Assembly: GCA_009103225.1 (NCBI GenBank)
Contig: RHPI01002714.1
Coordinates: forward strand, 41,329-105,328
Direction: 5' to 3'
Origin: Chlorokybus atmophyticus
Taxonomy: Eukaryota; Plantae; Mesostigma and Chlorokybus algae
Length of the DNA stretch: 64,000 bases
Shown here: positions 12,150 to 23,036 of the stretch, piece after piece
How the letters are laid out: each line of letters opens with the position of its first letter
Position numbering within the stretch: position 1 is the stretch's first letter
Made by a program: the position numbers and the translations under genes
The notes under the pieces: model-generated
Seen by the model: the letters and a program-made list of their open reading frames with translations, nothing else
Told to the model about the DNA's origin: nothing
The model's database searches: none

Positions 12150-13877
12150 TCAAGCCTCATAGTTCCATGACACAGGAGGGTAGTCACAGCGCATATCCAT
12201 TGTTTCAAGCATGAGACGCCCTATGCACTCCGCCATTGCGGGAGGAACTGCATTCGCTATGGAAACGGCCGAGGTCATCCATGGCACTCCCAGCGCTGTT
12301 TGCCACGCAACAATGCCGCCCCTGGTGCTTGGAAGGCCATAGACCGGGTACATCTGCTGTGGCGCGTTTGATGTCACAATTGTCTTCTTCGCGCTAGCGG
12401 GCAGGTGCGGCGATAGCATTCCAACTGCCTTGCCCTCGTGCGAGCAGCGTGCTAGTGGGGTAGCTACCACTGGCTGTGTCTCAAACAGACGGTGTCGGAA
12501 AGTTGATAGGCCAAACATCGTGCCACAAAGGGACAGATTGGGTCTGAATGAGGAAGCTGCTCCTGGCACATTCTCAATCACAAACTTGACCTGGCTTGCA
12601 AGCAGCAGACGTCGGACGAGCGGTATCATATCCTGGTGTCTCCAGGATGTGCCATGTGCCGCCCGTTGAGGTGCCGGGATAGCACCTGAATAGGCCTGGC
12701 ATGGTGGACTGGCCCAGATGAGCTCGTACTCGCTCAGCTCTCCTGCACTCAGGGTGCATTCATCGCGGTGTATGAAGGGTAGCGGGTACTCAGAGGAGGG
12801 ACTTATGTCCATCTCGGTCACGTCAAAGCTTGCGTGGTATAGACCGACACTGGCATCGCCACCGCCGCAGAATAGGTCGAGTGCCCTTGGTCTGCGTGTG
12901 CGTCCCAGCTTGTTGTCAAATGGCGTGTATGTGGTCAAGGCTGGCCGTGGTGCTGGCCAGGGACTAACAATGATGCCGTCCGGCTTACTTTGCGACTGAC
13001 GTTCTCCCCTCCAGCGCGCAGAACATGGCGTGCCCCGTCAACTGATGTGTACGCGAATGCGTTGTGCCCTTTGAAGTTGATGGTTTGTGGTCGATCACCG
13101 TCATCGAATACTATACGGTGCTGCCCTGCAAAGACATTTTCCATTGCACCATGCATATATGATGCGTCCTCAATCTCGCACGCCACGAAGCAATGCTGAC
13201 CTGACGCTTGCTTTAATGATTCCACAACGCTCGCATACCATTCCCCATCCAGCGGCCAATGCACCATGACATTCACACCGATCAGCTGCTCGCATCCCAA
13301 CTTAACTGCGTTCCGCAGCCGATGCAGTGCGCTGTCCAACAGTCGATGGTCTGCCTCCTCTACAGCGGCCAGGGGATGGAACTGCCCACGCCCACACCGT
13401 GCAAGACTGCTCTGAATGCGACAACAGCTTCAACATGCATGAAATAAGCATACGCCCAACATAACATGCAGTGATACGTCGCGGTCCACTCTTGTGGATT
13501 ACCTCCACAGCATCCACCACCTGTCCACTAACCACATGTCCCGGTGTTGTCCATGTGAAGAAGCGCATGGGTTCCCCTCGCCACTCGAAGCATGAGCGCG
13601 AGCACGATTCGCACACGCACTGCACGCAATGGAAAAACTCGGGTTCCTTGCACAGCACTTGGCCGAGGCGGCAGCCAAACACGTCGACATTGTGTGTGGT
13701 GTGATGCCAGCAAGCAGCACTAATACCGTGGCACACTGTCTGCACTCGCTGGCATTCGGTCAAGTGTGCTCGCATTTGCTGCCTACGGCCATTGGCACAT
13801 ACGTACGCATTGCGTTGTGGGCACACCAAGCATGGTCTTCTAGGTGAGGGTGATTCAACTGCTGCCGCCGACATCAT
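12150..13877 (-). pseudogene. Cys/His Zn module-Tudor-C5 DNA cytosine methyltransferase, copy A (decayed)
   Basis: MTase motifs DLFCGGG(D), WASPPCQ, IENV, RHRLFE, NAVPP. A 1-bp deletion at ~12980 relative to copy B separates Tudor from MTase, and motif I has G to D. Confidence 0.85.
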
Positions 13878-14404
13878 GCAAAATAGGAATCGGCACGGCT
13901 GCCCACCAACTGAGCGAGACTTTAGGGTACGGGCATCAATTTAGGGTTGCCAGCTTACGAACCCTAAATGGGTCAAACTTCACGTGAAGCACGACTGTAC
14001 CTTATACGCTATTGCAGTACCATGCATGGTACTGCATCAAAATGAATGGTACTCCATCTGTTAATGGTAGTACAGTACAAGGATACTCGCATACTACCAC
14101 GATCGTAGAGACAATACTGTGCTGTCATGCCATGGAACCCAGAGCGCTGTCCGAGTTTGTTGCTGTCAACCACGCTCTAAACCAGCGAGGTATGCAAGCC
14201 ATGCACTGACTCATGCGCCGGGCAGTCATCATACACATGTACAGCCAATGCTTCTACAACAGCAGATCTCCTGTGCAACATGCACCATGCTGCAACTATA
14301 CATGTACCTACATGGTTCACAGGAAGCCAACACAAAACTACAATACATGCACAAATAGCATCAAGGCGGGGGCCAAATCACCGCCGACACGTTGGCGTCT
14401 TGCA

Positions 14405-15373
14405 TCAGGCGTGGCGACCAAAATGGGTGAGGTTGCTTGCAGAATGGACACGCTTGTAGATTCCTTGATTTATTTTTGCCACAGTCTTCTGATGTGCTAT
14501 GATGCAGACATGGCACATCGCTTTCTTGCAACAGGGCGTCTCCCCATCCGCTGGGGGGGGTGGCTCTTCAATGCGACAAATCAGCACACATGGTGCACGC
14601 GGGTGTGCAAGCTGCCTCTGCCACCAAACTCTGTTATCGCGTCGCAGGCGTAGCGACTCCCATCTGAATGGCGCAGCATAACGCTCCACTGCCTGCTCGA
14701 TCACCTGACGCCCATCTGCCGCCATACACCACCTGCTGGTCTTGGTGGTCTTGTCCAGCATGCGTTCATCCAGGCCCTCGACATGGCTGTCGTCACTCGT
14801 GTACTCCCCCGCATCGTCATTTTCTTCGAGCTTCCACAGAATCAGCTCGACGTGCCGTATGACATACAGCCACTGCCAGCCAAAGCATGCCAAGTACAGC
14901 TCGAATGGTTTTACTTGCCACCCAGTATGTTTGCTCAGGTAGTGGCACACATCTCGACCCGCATTAGTCGACATCGACAGGTACATCTGCTGCAGCAGGT
15001 CGAAGTTCTGCTCCGCAGATAGCTCTTGCACATTGCCGGGTTGCTGCGGCAGCAACAACACCATCATATCGAGGACGGCGAGGGGCAACAACGTACTACG
15101 GATGGCCATATCGTGTATGGGTTCCAACCACGGCCAATCCCCAGAGGTCTGCTTAGACCGCATTCCCCGCGTTTGCTCCCACTTATTGCAAACTTTCGTC
15201 ACCCACCTCGAGGCATGCCGCATGCGGTGATGCAGCGCGTCTTGGGCGTACTGTAGGGTGATCAACTCCTTTGCACTACGAGTAAGCCCCCCAAAGCGTC
15301 TGCGCGTCGGTGCTTTGAGCTTAGGCAGCTCGTGCCGCACCGGCTGTCTCTCTGGACGATGCTGAGCAGCCAC
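14405..15373 (-). CDS. Cargo ORF of unknown function (322 aa)
   Basis: Long uninterrupted ORF with protein-like composition inside the TIR-bounded element. No motif recognised. Confidence 0.45.
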   Translation of the reverse strand: MAAQHRPERQPVRHELPKLKAPTRRRFGGLTRSAKELITLQYAQDALHHRMRHASRWVTKVCNKWEQTRGMRSKQTSGDWPWLEPIHDMAIRSTLLPLAVLDMMVLLLPQQPGNVQELSAEQNFDLLQQMYLSMSTNAGRDVCHYLSKHTGWQVKPFELYLACFGWQWLYVIRHVELILWKLEENDDAGEYTSDDSHVEGLDERMLDKTTKTSRWCMAADGRQVIEQAVERYAAPFRWESLRLRRDNRVWWQRQLAHPRAPCVLICRIEEPPPPADGETPCCKKAMCHVCIIAHQKTVAKINQGIYKRVHSASNLTHFGRHA

Positions 15374-15536
15374 TTGACGCTGTAAACCCGCCTGTGCCTA
15401 CTCAGGACACACAGTCAGCCCTAGTGAGGCTTCAAGGCGCTGTGCTTCCAATGTTGTAACGATGCCTCACCTTTCCTTTTTGGGTCCTGTCAGCGTCCTT
15501 TAATCCAACAACCTTCTTCTTTTTTTTTTTGTCACC

Positions 15537-16850
15537 CTACACATCCTGGCAGGCGCTCTCCGTGGCATTGTCACTCAGAGGAGGTAAGGCGTTATCTTCT
15601 TGCTCCACAGCCTTGCGCTTGTTGGTTGCCTCCCGTTCCTCCACGACCTCACGTTGCTTCATGAGGTCGAGCATGAAGCCTTTGTCTTTCAGCGCAGCTT
15701 TTAGGATACCTCGATCAATCTCTTTACCAACAAGACAGGCTGGGATCAATGTGGCAAGCTTAGAGGGAGAGGGCGAGCTACAGCTGCTTCTTGATGGAGA
15801 TGCCTCCGGATGGTCAGAGTGCGGTGGCAAGTGAGTCTCCGCGGCAGGAAGGGAGGGTGCTGAATTGGGATTGCGAGCATGTGGCTGTGGTTGAGGGGAG
15901 GCAGGATGTGCAGAACACTCGGCTACTTCTTGCCTAGCACACGAAGGCGAGGCCTTAGGCGTTGGCGCAGCACTCTGGGTCACCGCCGGTGGTAGCGGGG
16001 AATTGGCAACGCCATTTCGCCACTCTCCGATCAGGTGTGTTACCTCCGGTGGCACTTCATGCATAGGCCACGACCACTGTTCTGTGCTTGCAGGCTTGAG
16101 CAGCCAAAAGTGTGCTTCTGGCTCATCAGAAGCAGTGATGCCCACCACCAGGACTGAGTTGGGGGCTTCTTTATTTCCAACCCAAACTGCGCTGCCGGGC
16201 CGTGGCACCCACTCCCCATGCTCGCGCTGAACGGTCATGCAGCCAATCAACAAGCCCAGCTTGTTGGCAAACATGGTCATCTGCAGGTGCTCGACGTACA
16301 CATCTTTTCTCCGCACGATCTGTCGCACCTTGGCCATGGCTAGGTCAATGTTGCAGTTGATATCAGCCAACATGGTCGCAGGCAGTTTGTCGTAATACTG
16401 CGCCATCTCTCCCGCGGCACCAGTGGCTCTGCAGAGGTCTAGGATTTTGCTCGCCACGCCTGCATCGACAGCCTTGGCGGTGATTTTGCGGAGAGTGTGC
16501 CCCCTGCCGTCGTCGTCCATGGTGTCCAGCATGGCCCAAAATCTGCTCGAGCTGGGGCACTTGTGATCATCCAGGACACTTTGCGCTATGGATGGCCTGG
16601 CGCGAAATACACAATGGTAGAAGCAGTTACCATCCGTTGGCGCATTGAAGTGGTCCCATGAGGCGAGCTGGCCACCTAGCATGACTGATGGCCGTATGCG
16701 GGTTGCGGCCAGCTCCTCTGATGACTCGCTGGCAGGTGGTGACCCCTGCTGCATGCACATACAGCACTCACATGGTGTGTCCAACTGTGGACGGCAAGAG
16801 TCACAGTGACTGATAAAGTACCTGAGTTTGGGGCAGACTGCCGGCTTCAA
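15537..16850 (-). CDS. OTU-like cysteine protease (deubiquitinase) cargo gene; probable upstream exons to ~18275 include a CxxC..H..C finger
   Basis: APTDGNCFYHCV (catalytic Cys loop), VYVEHLQMTMFANKLGLLIG, EAHFWLL (His). Homologous to 40836-41894. Confidence 0.7.
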   Translation of the reverse strand: MKPAVCPKLRYFISHCDSCRPQLDTPCECCMCMQQGSPPASESSEELAATRIRPSVMLGGQLASWDHFNAPTDGNCFYHCVFRARPSIAQSVLDDHKCPSSSRFWAMLDTMDDDGRGHTLRKITAKAVDAGVASKILDLCRATGAAGEMAQYYDKLPATMLADINCNIDLAMAKVRQIVRRKDVYVEHLQMTMFANKLGLLIGCMTVQREHGEWVPRPGSAVWVGNKEAPNSVLVVGITASDEPEAHFWLLKPASTEQWSWPMHEVPPEVTHLIGEWRNGVANSPLPPAVTQSAAPTPKASPSCARQEVAECSAHPASPQPQPHARNPNSAPSLPAAETHLPPHSDHPEASPSRSSCSSPSPSKLATLIPACLVGKEIDRGILKAALKDKGFMLDLMKQREVVEEREATNKRKAVEQEDNALPPLSDNATESACQDV

Positions 16851-18786
16851 ACTTGCAGCGGGTGGGGTAAGGTAGGTGCATAAGCCACATCGGTTGTTGC
16901 ATTGTGCTGTGGTCTCGCCGGTGGCGGCAAGAAGGATTGTTGCCCCGCAATCACCGGTGCTGCTCGCGGAGGAGATGGCAATGCATGAAGGACTGGTGCC
17001 GCGGAAGGTGGTTGCGCTCTGGCTGGGAGGGGAGCAGGAGCTGCACGTGAGACCACTTGTGCATGCAGCAAGGGGGGCTGTATACAGGACCCAGGATAAG
17101 ATGGCTCACAATGTTGCAAAGGACGAATATAAGCTTATGCAGTGCCTGACGCATTGTTACCAAGGCACGAGCATAAATGACAGCGACTTACCACAATGGC
17201 CCGTGGGCTGCATGGAGCAGGGGAAGCCATGGGGGCTGACAAGGTGGTATTTGCTGCACTCTCCCCGCCACCCTCAATGGCAGACTCGTCACGGAGCTCG
17301 TGAGCCATGGGCACAACATGCGCCACTGCCCCAATGGACATGTCGGGATTCAACAGGCCAACATGCATGTTAAATTGATGCCGCATTGCCGCCGCGCCCA
17401 TCAGCAAGTGGGATTGAAGGACCAGTTGATGGGATTGAATCCAGGCTTGCATAGAAGCTCCAAGAGGACCTAGTGCACTGTGGTGCTGTCAACCAATCAC
17501 ATGTGGGTTAGCTGCATGCTTGCGACACTGCAATTGCAATAGTCAACTGCGTCACACCGTCATCTGTTGGTTGCTTCGAACAGTCACCTGCGGCATTGCT
17601 GGTTGATGCACGATTAATTGCATGGACTGCGTCATTGCTGGTTGATGCACTATTGGTTGAATGCCGGACGAATGGCCACGCGCTCCTATGCTTAAACCCA
17701 GCCTACTTCATTCGGCACGCGCGCACGACTTCGCACGCTCACGCACATCCTAGCATGCAGAGGTAGGCATGCATTGGAGCCGACATTGCAGTCAACATGC
17801 ACAGCGAGATTGGCAACAACAAACCGCCGCCCAGCTCTGTCTATCTGTTCTTGCTTCCGCAATGTCGGCTTGATTGTAGGGTGGGTATGGGTGAATAGTG
17901 GAGGCCTACAGCCACGCTACATATATCACATGGACTGCGCTAAAAAACAAATTGCTCTTGCCAGGAAATGCATGTGACTGTTGAGCGTACCTCTGCATTC
18001 CTTTGTGCTTGTTCCCACAGCCGCAATTGGTCCCGCATGATTCTGACAAGGGGCTCCAAGGACTGCAGCTCCTGATCCACTTCCTGTTGCAGAAAGCGAG
18101 CCACCAAGCAGCTCTCTGTGTGAAGATGGTCTTTAATGGCTTGCCTGCTGGTTTGTCCAATGTTGGTGATGCATGTTGGACAGCCCCATTGCTGACGCCT
18201 GCCATGATCCATGACGTGGCGACCGGTAGTAGCTGGCTTCGCTGCTTGAACTCTTACGACCACAACTTCTCGCAAAATGTGCCACGCCGCCGNGCCGCCT
18301 CCTCCAACTCCTGGTCCTCCGCCTCCTAGTCAAACCCCGGCCCATCAAGCCTGACATTCGACCCGTCATCAACCTGGTGCCCATGCGTGCCATCATCCGG
18401 CCATCAATGAAGCGTGTTTGGGTGAGTGCATGCTAACTCCCATTTGGGCTGATCGAGCAATGCCTCTGTCCTACCATGGATGGTACGACAGAGCCATTGT
18501 ACAGCAATCGCTGGGGTTGGACGAGAGATGCCTCTGTCGTACCATAAATGTTACGACACAACCAATGTTACCAATGGTTGTACGAAGCATAGATGGCACG
18601 AATGCATAAGTCGTACCATCAACCATGGGAGCAAGAGCGCACTACAAGTGCGACTCTAGTGCGGGACTCTAGACGTTCAAAACCGCCTCATTTTCGTTTT
18701 CGCGCCTCGTACATTCGAGCGGGCCAACCGGCGGCGGCAGCGCCACTTACAGCTAAACAGGCGGCACCCGACTATCAGTTGAAAAG

Positions 18787-20610
18787 ATGCCTCGTGGTCC
18801 ATCCGTAAGTGCACCTCGTCGTGGAGGTCGGCGCCAGTTGTCCACATTGCCCCCAGTGCTCAACCAGGCAACCGTCGCCAACCAATCGCAGCAAGACCCC
18901 GCGCTAACGCCCAGCACATCACAACAACTCCACCTGACACCGCAGTCGCAAGGGCAAGCTAGACTGCATGCGTTCTTGATGCACTGTGCACGTTGCTTCT
19001 TGCTCAACTTCTAACTTGGATGCTTGCTTCTATCATGACTAGCACAGTGACTCACTGCATGCGTTCTGGATACACTGTGCACGTTGTTCTTTTGCAACTG
19101 TGAGGGTTGCATCTTTCATGGCTAGCAGCATGACTCATGTGGTTGTGCTTGCAGAGGGTCGATTGGAACCCCCAACCCAAACGATTTGGCCGTGACGTGG
19201 TAACCTCGGCCGTCAGCAACCCTTCCCCAAGCAAGTGGAAGATTGGCAACGAGGTAAGCACTGTGTGACACTGTGACACTGTGTGTATGTGTGTAACGGA
19301 CTGTTCTTTCGTGGCCAGCATTTGCGAGATGCCGTCGTTGAAATCATAAACGGCCACTGGGTAGAGAGCCACGTTTATCCCAAGGAGGACACTATTCGTA
19401 ACGTCATGTGTCAGGTGCTGTGAATGCTTCATGACCGCACTGCACCGTGACACTGACCAACCTGCTCGTGACAGGTAGTTGGCTTCGACCATGATGACGA
19501 GGCCGATGCGGCCAAGTTCTATGAGGTGTACTGGACTCCCAAGGAGTGCCCCTTCCACTGGAGTGTCGCCCTGAAGAAAGCTACGCAGGTCCGGTCTGAG
19601 AACGTCACCAAGATCAAGCATGTCCTTGAGAAGGAGTACAAGTGGACACTGTTTAACAGCAACAAGCGCAAGTGAGTTGGGTCCCTCACCACCATGTCTG
19701 CTATGCAACACTGCCTTCTTGCTCAGCCTCCATACACACGTACTCATCTCGCCTATTGTAACCGATTCAATCAGGCACATCGACGCCCTAATGGACCCCG
19801 AGACCCAAAAAGCCCAGATGCGCAACGCGCTCCAACGTAAGTCACAAGCACTATTCTAGCCTGGTGCAGGCTCAACTTGAACTATCTATTTCGTGACTAA
19901 TGCCTTGTCGGTATGACTGTCGCAGACAAGTCATGGCGGAGATTTGAGGTGACCGACACTGCAGACCCGGAGCGGAGGAGATACATCCATGAATGGGGCA
20001 ATCACATAATCTGGCAAATGATCGTGCAATGCTGGTCTTACACCGTCACTACACCTGGTCGCCGGTAGCTGACAGTCAACCACCTCGCATACCTGTTGCT
20101 TACGGTGAGCACTCTGAACTCCAGCATAGGCAATTCAGGAATGCTGTAGCCCCAAACTATAGGCTTGCAGACGCGTTGCAGTGATCAGTGGCTTTCGATG
20201 CCACTAAGACATGCCTGTAAACTACGCAGGTGGAGCGCATCAAAAAGGGCAAGGATGGAGACCCTCTCCTAGCTGCCAGCATAGACACACATGAAGAGTA
20301 CCTCAGCGAAATCAACATCATGATCATGTCGATGAAGCGGAAAATGAGGCAACGGTACGCAGCCCTCCAGCCATTCACCCTTGTGAAACGCCGCACTGCA
20401 TCTTGTGTCGAATACTTGAAAGATCCCAATCGGCGCCGGCCGCAAGAGACAACAACTCGTGACCCGCTCGCTGAGGCAGAAGCGGCATTTGATTGGCTGG
20501 CACAACCGTTTGAGGAGGAAGAGCAAGCTCCGGCGTCTCCTCCACAGGCCCCAGCGCGTGGTGCTTTGTTTCGTAATGACGAGCAAAGCGATGATGGAGA
20601 GGAGCTGTAG
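18787..20610 (+). CDS. Probable multi-exon cargo gene of unknown function (possible TnpA-like accessory protein)
   Basis: Plus-strand coding-like segments bounded by GT-AG (LRDAVVEIINGHWVESHVYPKEDTIRNVMCQ; VVGFDHDDEADAAKFYEVYWTPKECPFHW; ERIKKGKDGDPLL...). Confidence 0.4.
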
Positions 20611-20909
20611 CGCAATTGGTAGTCCATTTAGCTGGTAGTGTACATAGCTACAAGCCTCTAGTGACTGAGTGTTGTGCATCTTAAACCAGCTCAGTCAATC
20701 GTCATTATGCTCATGCACATCAATACTTGCATCCCTATGATATACAACAGAATACTTGCATTCGAGTCACATAATCGAAATACAAGCCTTGGCAAGTGAC
20801 TGAGAGACACTGTACACATTTCAGGTACATGTACACAGCACAGGCACATAACAATGCTGGAAGTCAGTGACAGTCGCGTGTAGTCAAGCTATGCAAATAC
20901 ATATGACGA

Positions 20910-21290
20910 CAGTTAGGCATTAGTCACCTTCAGTTGTTAAAGAATGCCTTATTTTGTCGATAATTACCTAGTTGGTGCTTGTGAATTAGGCTTAGTCGCC
21001 TGCGCTGGACTGGTGTGTAACCTGCAGGTGCCTGTCACATAGGCTGAGTCACCTAAGTAAGACTGATGTGTAACTTACAGGTGCCCGTTGATTAGTTGTA
21101 GTCACCTAATAAGGCCTGATGTGTAACTAACAGTTGCCTGTAAATTACACAAAGTCATTTGTTACGGCCTGGTGTGTGACTAACAGGTGCCTGTTAATTA
21201 TATAAAGTCACCTGTTAAGGCCTGATAGGTAACCAACAGGCGCCTGTTAGTTAGGCATAGTCAACTGTTAAAGACTAAATTGTAATTAAA
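20910..21290. repeat. Subterminal tandem repeat, ~55-57-bp unit x ~6
   Basis: Recurring AGTCACCT...GGCCTGATGTGTAACTAACAGGTGCCTGT...ATTA, 150-500 bp inside the right TIR. Confidence 0.8.
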
Positions 21291-21426
21291 AGGGCCTTAC
21301 AGTAACGGAAGTTGCTATTAGGTCCCTGTATCAAGATTACAGGTGGCCTGAGCCACGACAGTCTAAATTAGTGTCCTCAGGTGCACGGCCGTTGCCAATA
21401 TTTAGTCGGCCGGCAGGGAAAACATA

Positions 21427-21439
21427 TTGCGACGTAGTG
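21427..21439 (-). repeat. Right TIR of the Plavaka element
   Basis: Reverse complement is CACTACGTCGCAA. Confidence 0.85.
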
Positions 21440-22660
21440 ACCACGACATATTGCTGGGCAGGCGTGGCAGCAATGATTGCCGCCATCGTACAACGATCGT
21501 GGAGTGCGATAAGGTGAAGGCTAGCTTCAACACGAAGCATCCACAACTTCACCCACTCCTCATTTAGGGGTTGTTTTATTGTTGGAGTTAAGATCTGGCC
21601 GGAGATTTACCCGTCAACAAAAGAGGTTATTGCTACATCCTAGTAATAATCGAACATTTTAGCGAATGGGTGGAGGTAACCCCACTTGTGAACAAAGACA
21701 GCAACACTATTACATAGGCCTTCCTCAACTAAGTGTTGAGCAGATTTGGAGGATGTGCAGAGGTGCTAACAGGTAAAGGCACAGAGTTTCAGAGATCAAA
21801 TGTGATAACTTGCTAAATAATTGCTTCATTGATCATTGTCACACGCATCGCAACCATCCCCAAGCTGAATAGGACTCACCGAGAGGATGGTGCACACTGT
21901 GAAAGGGGGATTGCACAACTTCTGCCGCAGCCACGACGACATCAACTGGGATCTCCAGCTGCCATAGATTATGATGGGATACAGGTTCAGCCGACAGGCT
22001 GCATTGGGAGCATACAGCCCAAACCTCTTGCTGTATGGCCGCCATCCACATAGCTTCCAGCTGTTATTAGAAAGCCAGCAGAGGCGGTTGTAGATTTGCA
22101 AGATGAGCAAAGCTTTGCAAAAGAGCTCACTGCTAGAGCATTGTTCAAACGCGTTGTACCGATTGCAATGGACAAACTAGTCATTGCACACCACAAAGAC
22201 ACTCAGCGCTACGCTCGAGTGCGCAGCGAGTTCTACAAGCCCCGCATGCAAAAATTTGGAGCAGGGAATATATTTATCTCCACCGTTAAACCAAGGACAC
22301 GTTGGACACTAGTGCCAGCAATATGATTCTTAGAGTCAAAGAGGTGCGCAATAGCGGCGTACTTTTACTCGAGGGCAGTGATGCCAGAACATGCGCAGAA
22401 CAGATGAAAAACTATGCCCATTGCCATCTACCCAATATCGATAGGGCTGTGGACCCCAAGGCAGCTATTCCTGACGCAAGCCATTGATGCGAAGGATGCG
22501 CACGTGCTAACAGAGAAGCAATCATGCTGCCGTATGATACTTGCATGGCTAGCTGGCACATATGGTGCCTGTCGCCACCATTGGACAAGGTTCCAAAAAG
22601 AAATTGGATGTGTGAGGCCTGCCATATGCAGTTGGTCCACTTTGAAGAGTAAGAAGCCAA
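21440..22660 (+). pseudogene. Old gypsy remnant, part 3: integrase core and C-terminal PHD finger
   Basis: TTYCWAG...ECDKVKASFNTKHPQLHPL continues the H2C2 domain. Also DLAG and EHFSEWVE core motifs, and CEGCAR...(Y)DTC...WHIWCLSPPLDKVPKRNWMCEAC at ~22488-22623. Confidence 0.8.
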
Positions 22661-22944
22661 TTAGAGGGTAGGGGAGCTCGCTGTCCTGGTCAACAGCGCG
22701 GGCAGCGTGGAGGCCAACGCCCATGAAGAGGCAGTCAGAGGGGAAGAAGAGCGAAGGACCCTGTGTTGGTGTGGGTATGTGGGTGGGTATGTGGGGGTGG
22801 GTGGGCGTGTTGTTTGTTTACCTGATGGCGCCTGTGGCGAGGTCTGGGTAGATGGCGTAGAGGAGTGTGCCGAATTGGATGAGCTGGGGCCTCTGTGTGC
22901 CACATCAACACAACTCAGCTCATGCACGTGCACGTGCACAAGCA

Positions 22945-23036
<92 letters not shown>

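Larger units (their letters stand above)
6861..21439. mobile_element. 14.6-kb Plavaka-type DNA transposon with CACTA-type TIRs and cargo genes (copy A)
   Basis: Left end CGCTACGTCGCAA (CACTACGTCGCAA in copy B at 56317); right end TTGCGACGTAGTG at 21427-21439. The element splits a gypsy integrase H2C2 domain and contains a Plavaka transposase. No clear TSD. Confidence 0.85.

Noticed and set aside
13920-13970. Telomere or interstitial telomeric array
   Set aside because: Only isolated TTTAGGG units, no tandem run.
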